Below, piece after piece: positions 31,223-34,198 of a stretch of 34,198 nt of DNA (the first letter of the stretch is position 1; each line of letters opens with the position of its first letter). The notes under the pieces were generated by a model, which saw only the letters and a list, made by a program, of their open reading frames with translations, was not told where the DNA came from and did no database searches. This stretch comes from Burkholderiales bacterium (GTDB lineage: Bacteria; Pseudomonadota; Gammaproteobacteria; Burkholderiales; SG8-39). The stretch covers positions 1 through 34,198 of the forward strand of contig JBFKUL010000002.1 of the NCBI GenBank assembly GCA_041635755.1, in the 5' to 3' direction. The position numbers were made by a program, and so were the translations under genes.

Positions 31223-32043
31223 ACACCCGCCAGGAACGAGCGAATCGACGGCCAGAATTCGGCTGCCGCGTCCATGTCGTTATGACGTGCGCCTCGCAGC
31301 ACGACCTTGCGCTTGGGTCCGCCCCACGCGTCGCAAAGCCGCTCGGCGCGCTCAACAGGCACCACTTCATCGCGCTCCGCGATGATGCATAGCAGCGGCA
31401 TCTCGAGCCGCGGCGCGTGAGCGATAGAATCGAAGCGATGCTTGAGCATCCAGCTCACCGGTAAGAAAGGGTAGTAGTGCCGGGCGACCTCCACGAGGCT
31501 GTCGAAGGGCGCAGCCAGGACCAAACCGGCGAGTCTGCGGCCTGCTGCGAGGTGTACCGCGACGCCGCTGCCGAGGCTGCGGCCGAAAGCAAAGATGCGG
31601 TCCGCATCGACCCCAGGCAGTCCCGCGGCGAGGTCATAGAGCGCAAGCGCGTCGGCCGCCAAAGCGGCCTCCGAGGGCTTGCCTTCGCTTGCGCCGTAGC
31701 CCCGGTAATCGACGAGCAGCCACGCCACCCCTGGCGTCGCGCCAATGCGTGGATCGCCCACCCCCTCGAGCATCCAGGACACCTCTTCGGCATTGCCCCC
31801 GAAATAGATCACGAGCGGCGCGCGCTGGGAAGACGAGGATTTCACGAACCAGGCATGAATCCGCGTGCCATCGCCTGCGGCCAGCGAGACTTCCTGCACG
31901 TCGGGGAAGCGCCGGGCAACCTCGGCGCGACGCGCGTCGCTCAGGCTCTGGGGGTAGAAGATCAACTGGTCCTGCAGCAAGTAGAGCAGGAGCGGCAGGC
32001 CGATCCCGACGGTGGCCGCAATCTTTGCCAGCGCGAGCAGCAC
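31219..32043 (-). CDS. Membrane-anchored alpha/beta hydrolase (BEM46/ABHD13-like serine hydrolase)
   Basis: N-terminal TM helix (LLALAKIAATVGIGLPLLLYLL), nucleophile elbow FGRSLGSGVA and a late Asp/His region (ERDEVVP...GARHND). It uses a GTG start. Its stop overlaps the kinase ATG (ATGA at 31219-31222). Confidence 0.8.
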   Translation of the reverse strand: MLLALAKIAATVGIGLPLLLYLLQDQLIFYPQSLSDARRAEVARRFPDVQEVSLAAGDGTRIHAWFVKSSSSQRAPLVIYFGGNAEEVSWMLEGVGDPRIGATPGVAWLLVDYRGYGASEGKPSEAALAADALALYDLAAGLPGVDADRIFAFGRSLGSGVAVHLAAGRRLAGLVLAAPFDSLVEVARHYYPFLPVSWMLKHRFDSIAHAPRLEMPLLCIIAERDEVVPVERAERLCDAWGGPKRKVVLRGARHNDMDAAAEFWPSIRSFLAGV

Positions 32044-32091
32044 GGCGCAGCCTAGTTGCGAGGGCCGGGAACGCGCCGCACGCGATACCGC

Positions 32092-34125
<2,034 letters not shown>

Positions 34126-34133
34126 CAGTCTGC

Positions 34134-34162
34134 AAGCTACTGCAAAGCGTCCCGCCTGACAA
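34134..34162 (-). promoter_or_regulatory. Candidate sigma-70 promoter for the thiC riboswitch transcript
   Basis: On the minus strand, TTGTCA (34162-34157) is followed by 17 nt and then TAGCTT (34139-34134). This places a start a few nt before riboswitch P1. Confidence 0.4.
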
Positions 34163-34198
34163 GAACCCGTGAAACCTGCCGCGGCCGGCAGTTGCCCG

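Overview
This is a high-GC (roughly two-thirds G+C by eye), gene-dense proteobacterial chromosomal segment. I call about 31 CDS; 29 are complete, one is cut by the window edge, and all calls rest on remembered motifs only (no searches were run). I see no rRNA, tRNA, CRISPR array, IS element, integrase or phage gene. Gene content and order look most like Betaproteobacteria (Burkholderiales/Rhodocyclales type), mainly aceE-aceF plus an lpdA carrying its own lipoyl domain, and glnA-DUF4124-ntrB-ntrC. That taxonomic guess is inference only.

Content from left to right:
- Two sugar-acid dehydratases (an IlvD/Edd-family fragment and a UxaA/GarD-family gene).
- A thioredoxin-fold protein and a cupin protein, then rsmE, a secreted ankyrin-repeat protein, argA and yggX.
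- A long minus-strand run of aceE-aceF-lpdA-rpiA-phoU.
- A plus-strand run of folD-prlC-(DUF4124/glutaredoxin-like)-xthA.
- A GST, a small membrane zinc-ribbon protein, malate synthase A and a divergent uncharacterised Rossmann-type protein.
- The nitrogen-control block ntrC-ntrB-DUF4124-glnA, with a recognisable sigma-54 promoter and tandem NtrC-type sites.
- A rhodanese coupled to an FG-GAP repeat protein.
- A minus-strand run of thiC (behind a clear TPP riboswitch), an alpha/beta hydrolase, a Ser/Thr kinase with a cyclic-nucleotide-binding domain, and uppP.

Most of the window is ordinary core metabolism. I do not see a defence island or an obviously new multi-gene system. The least conventional locus is the translationally coupled alpha/beta-hydrolase / cNMP-domain Ser/Thr kinase pair sitting directly upstream of uppP. 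Many long ORFs in the six-frame track are antisense shadows typical of high-GC DNA and were rejected.
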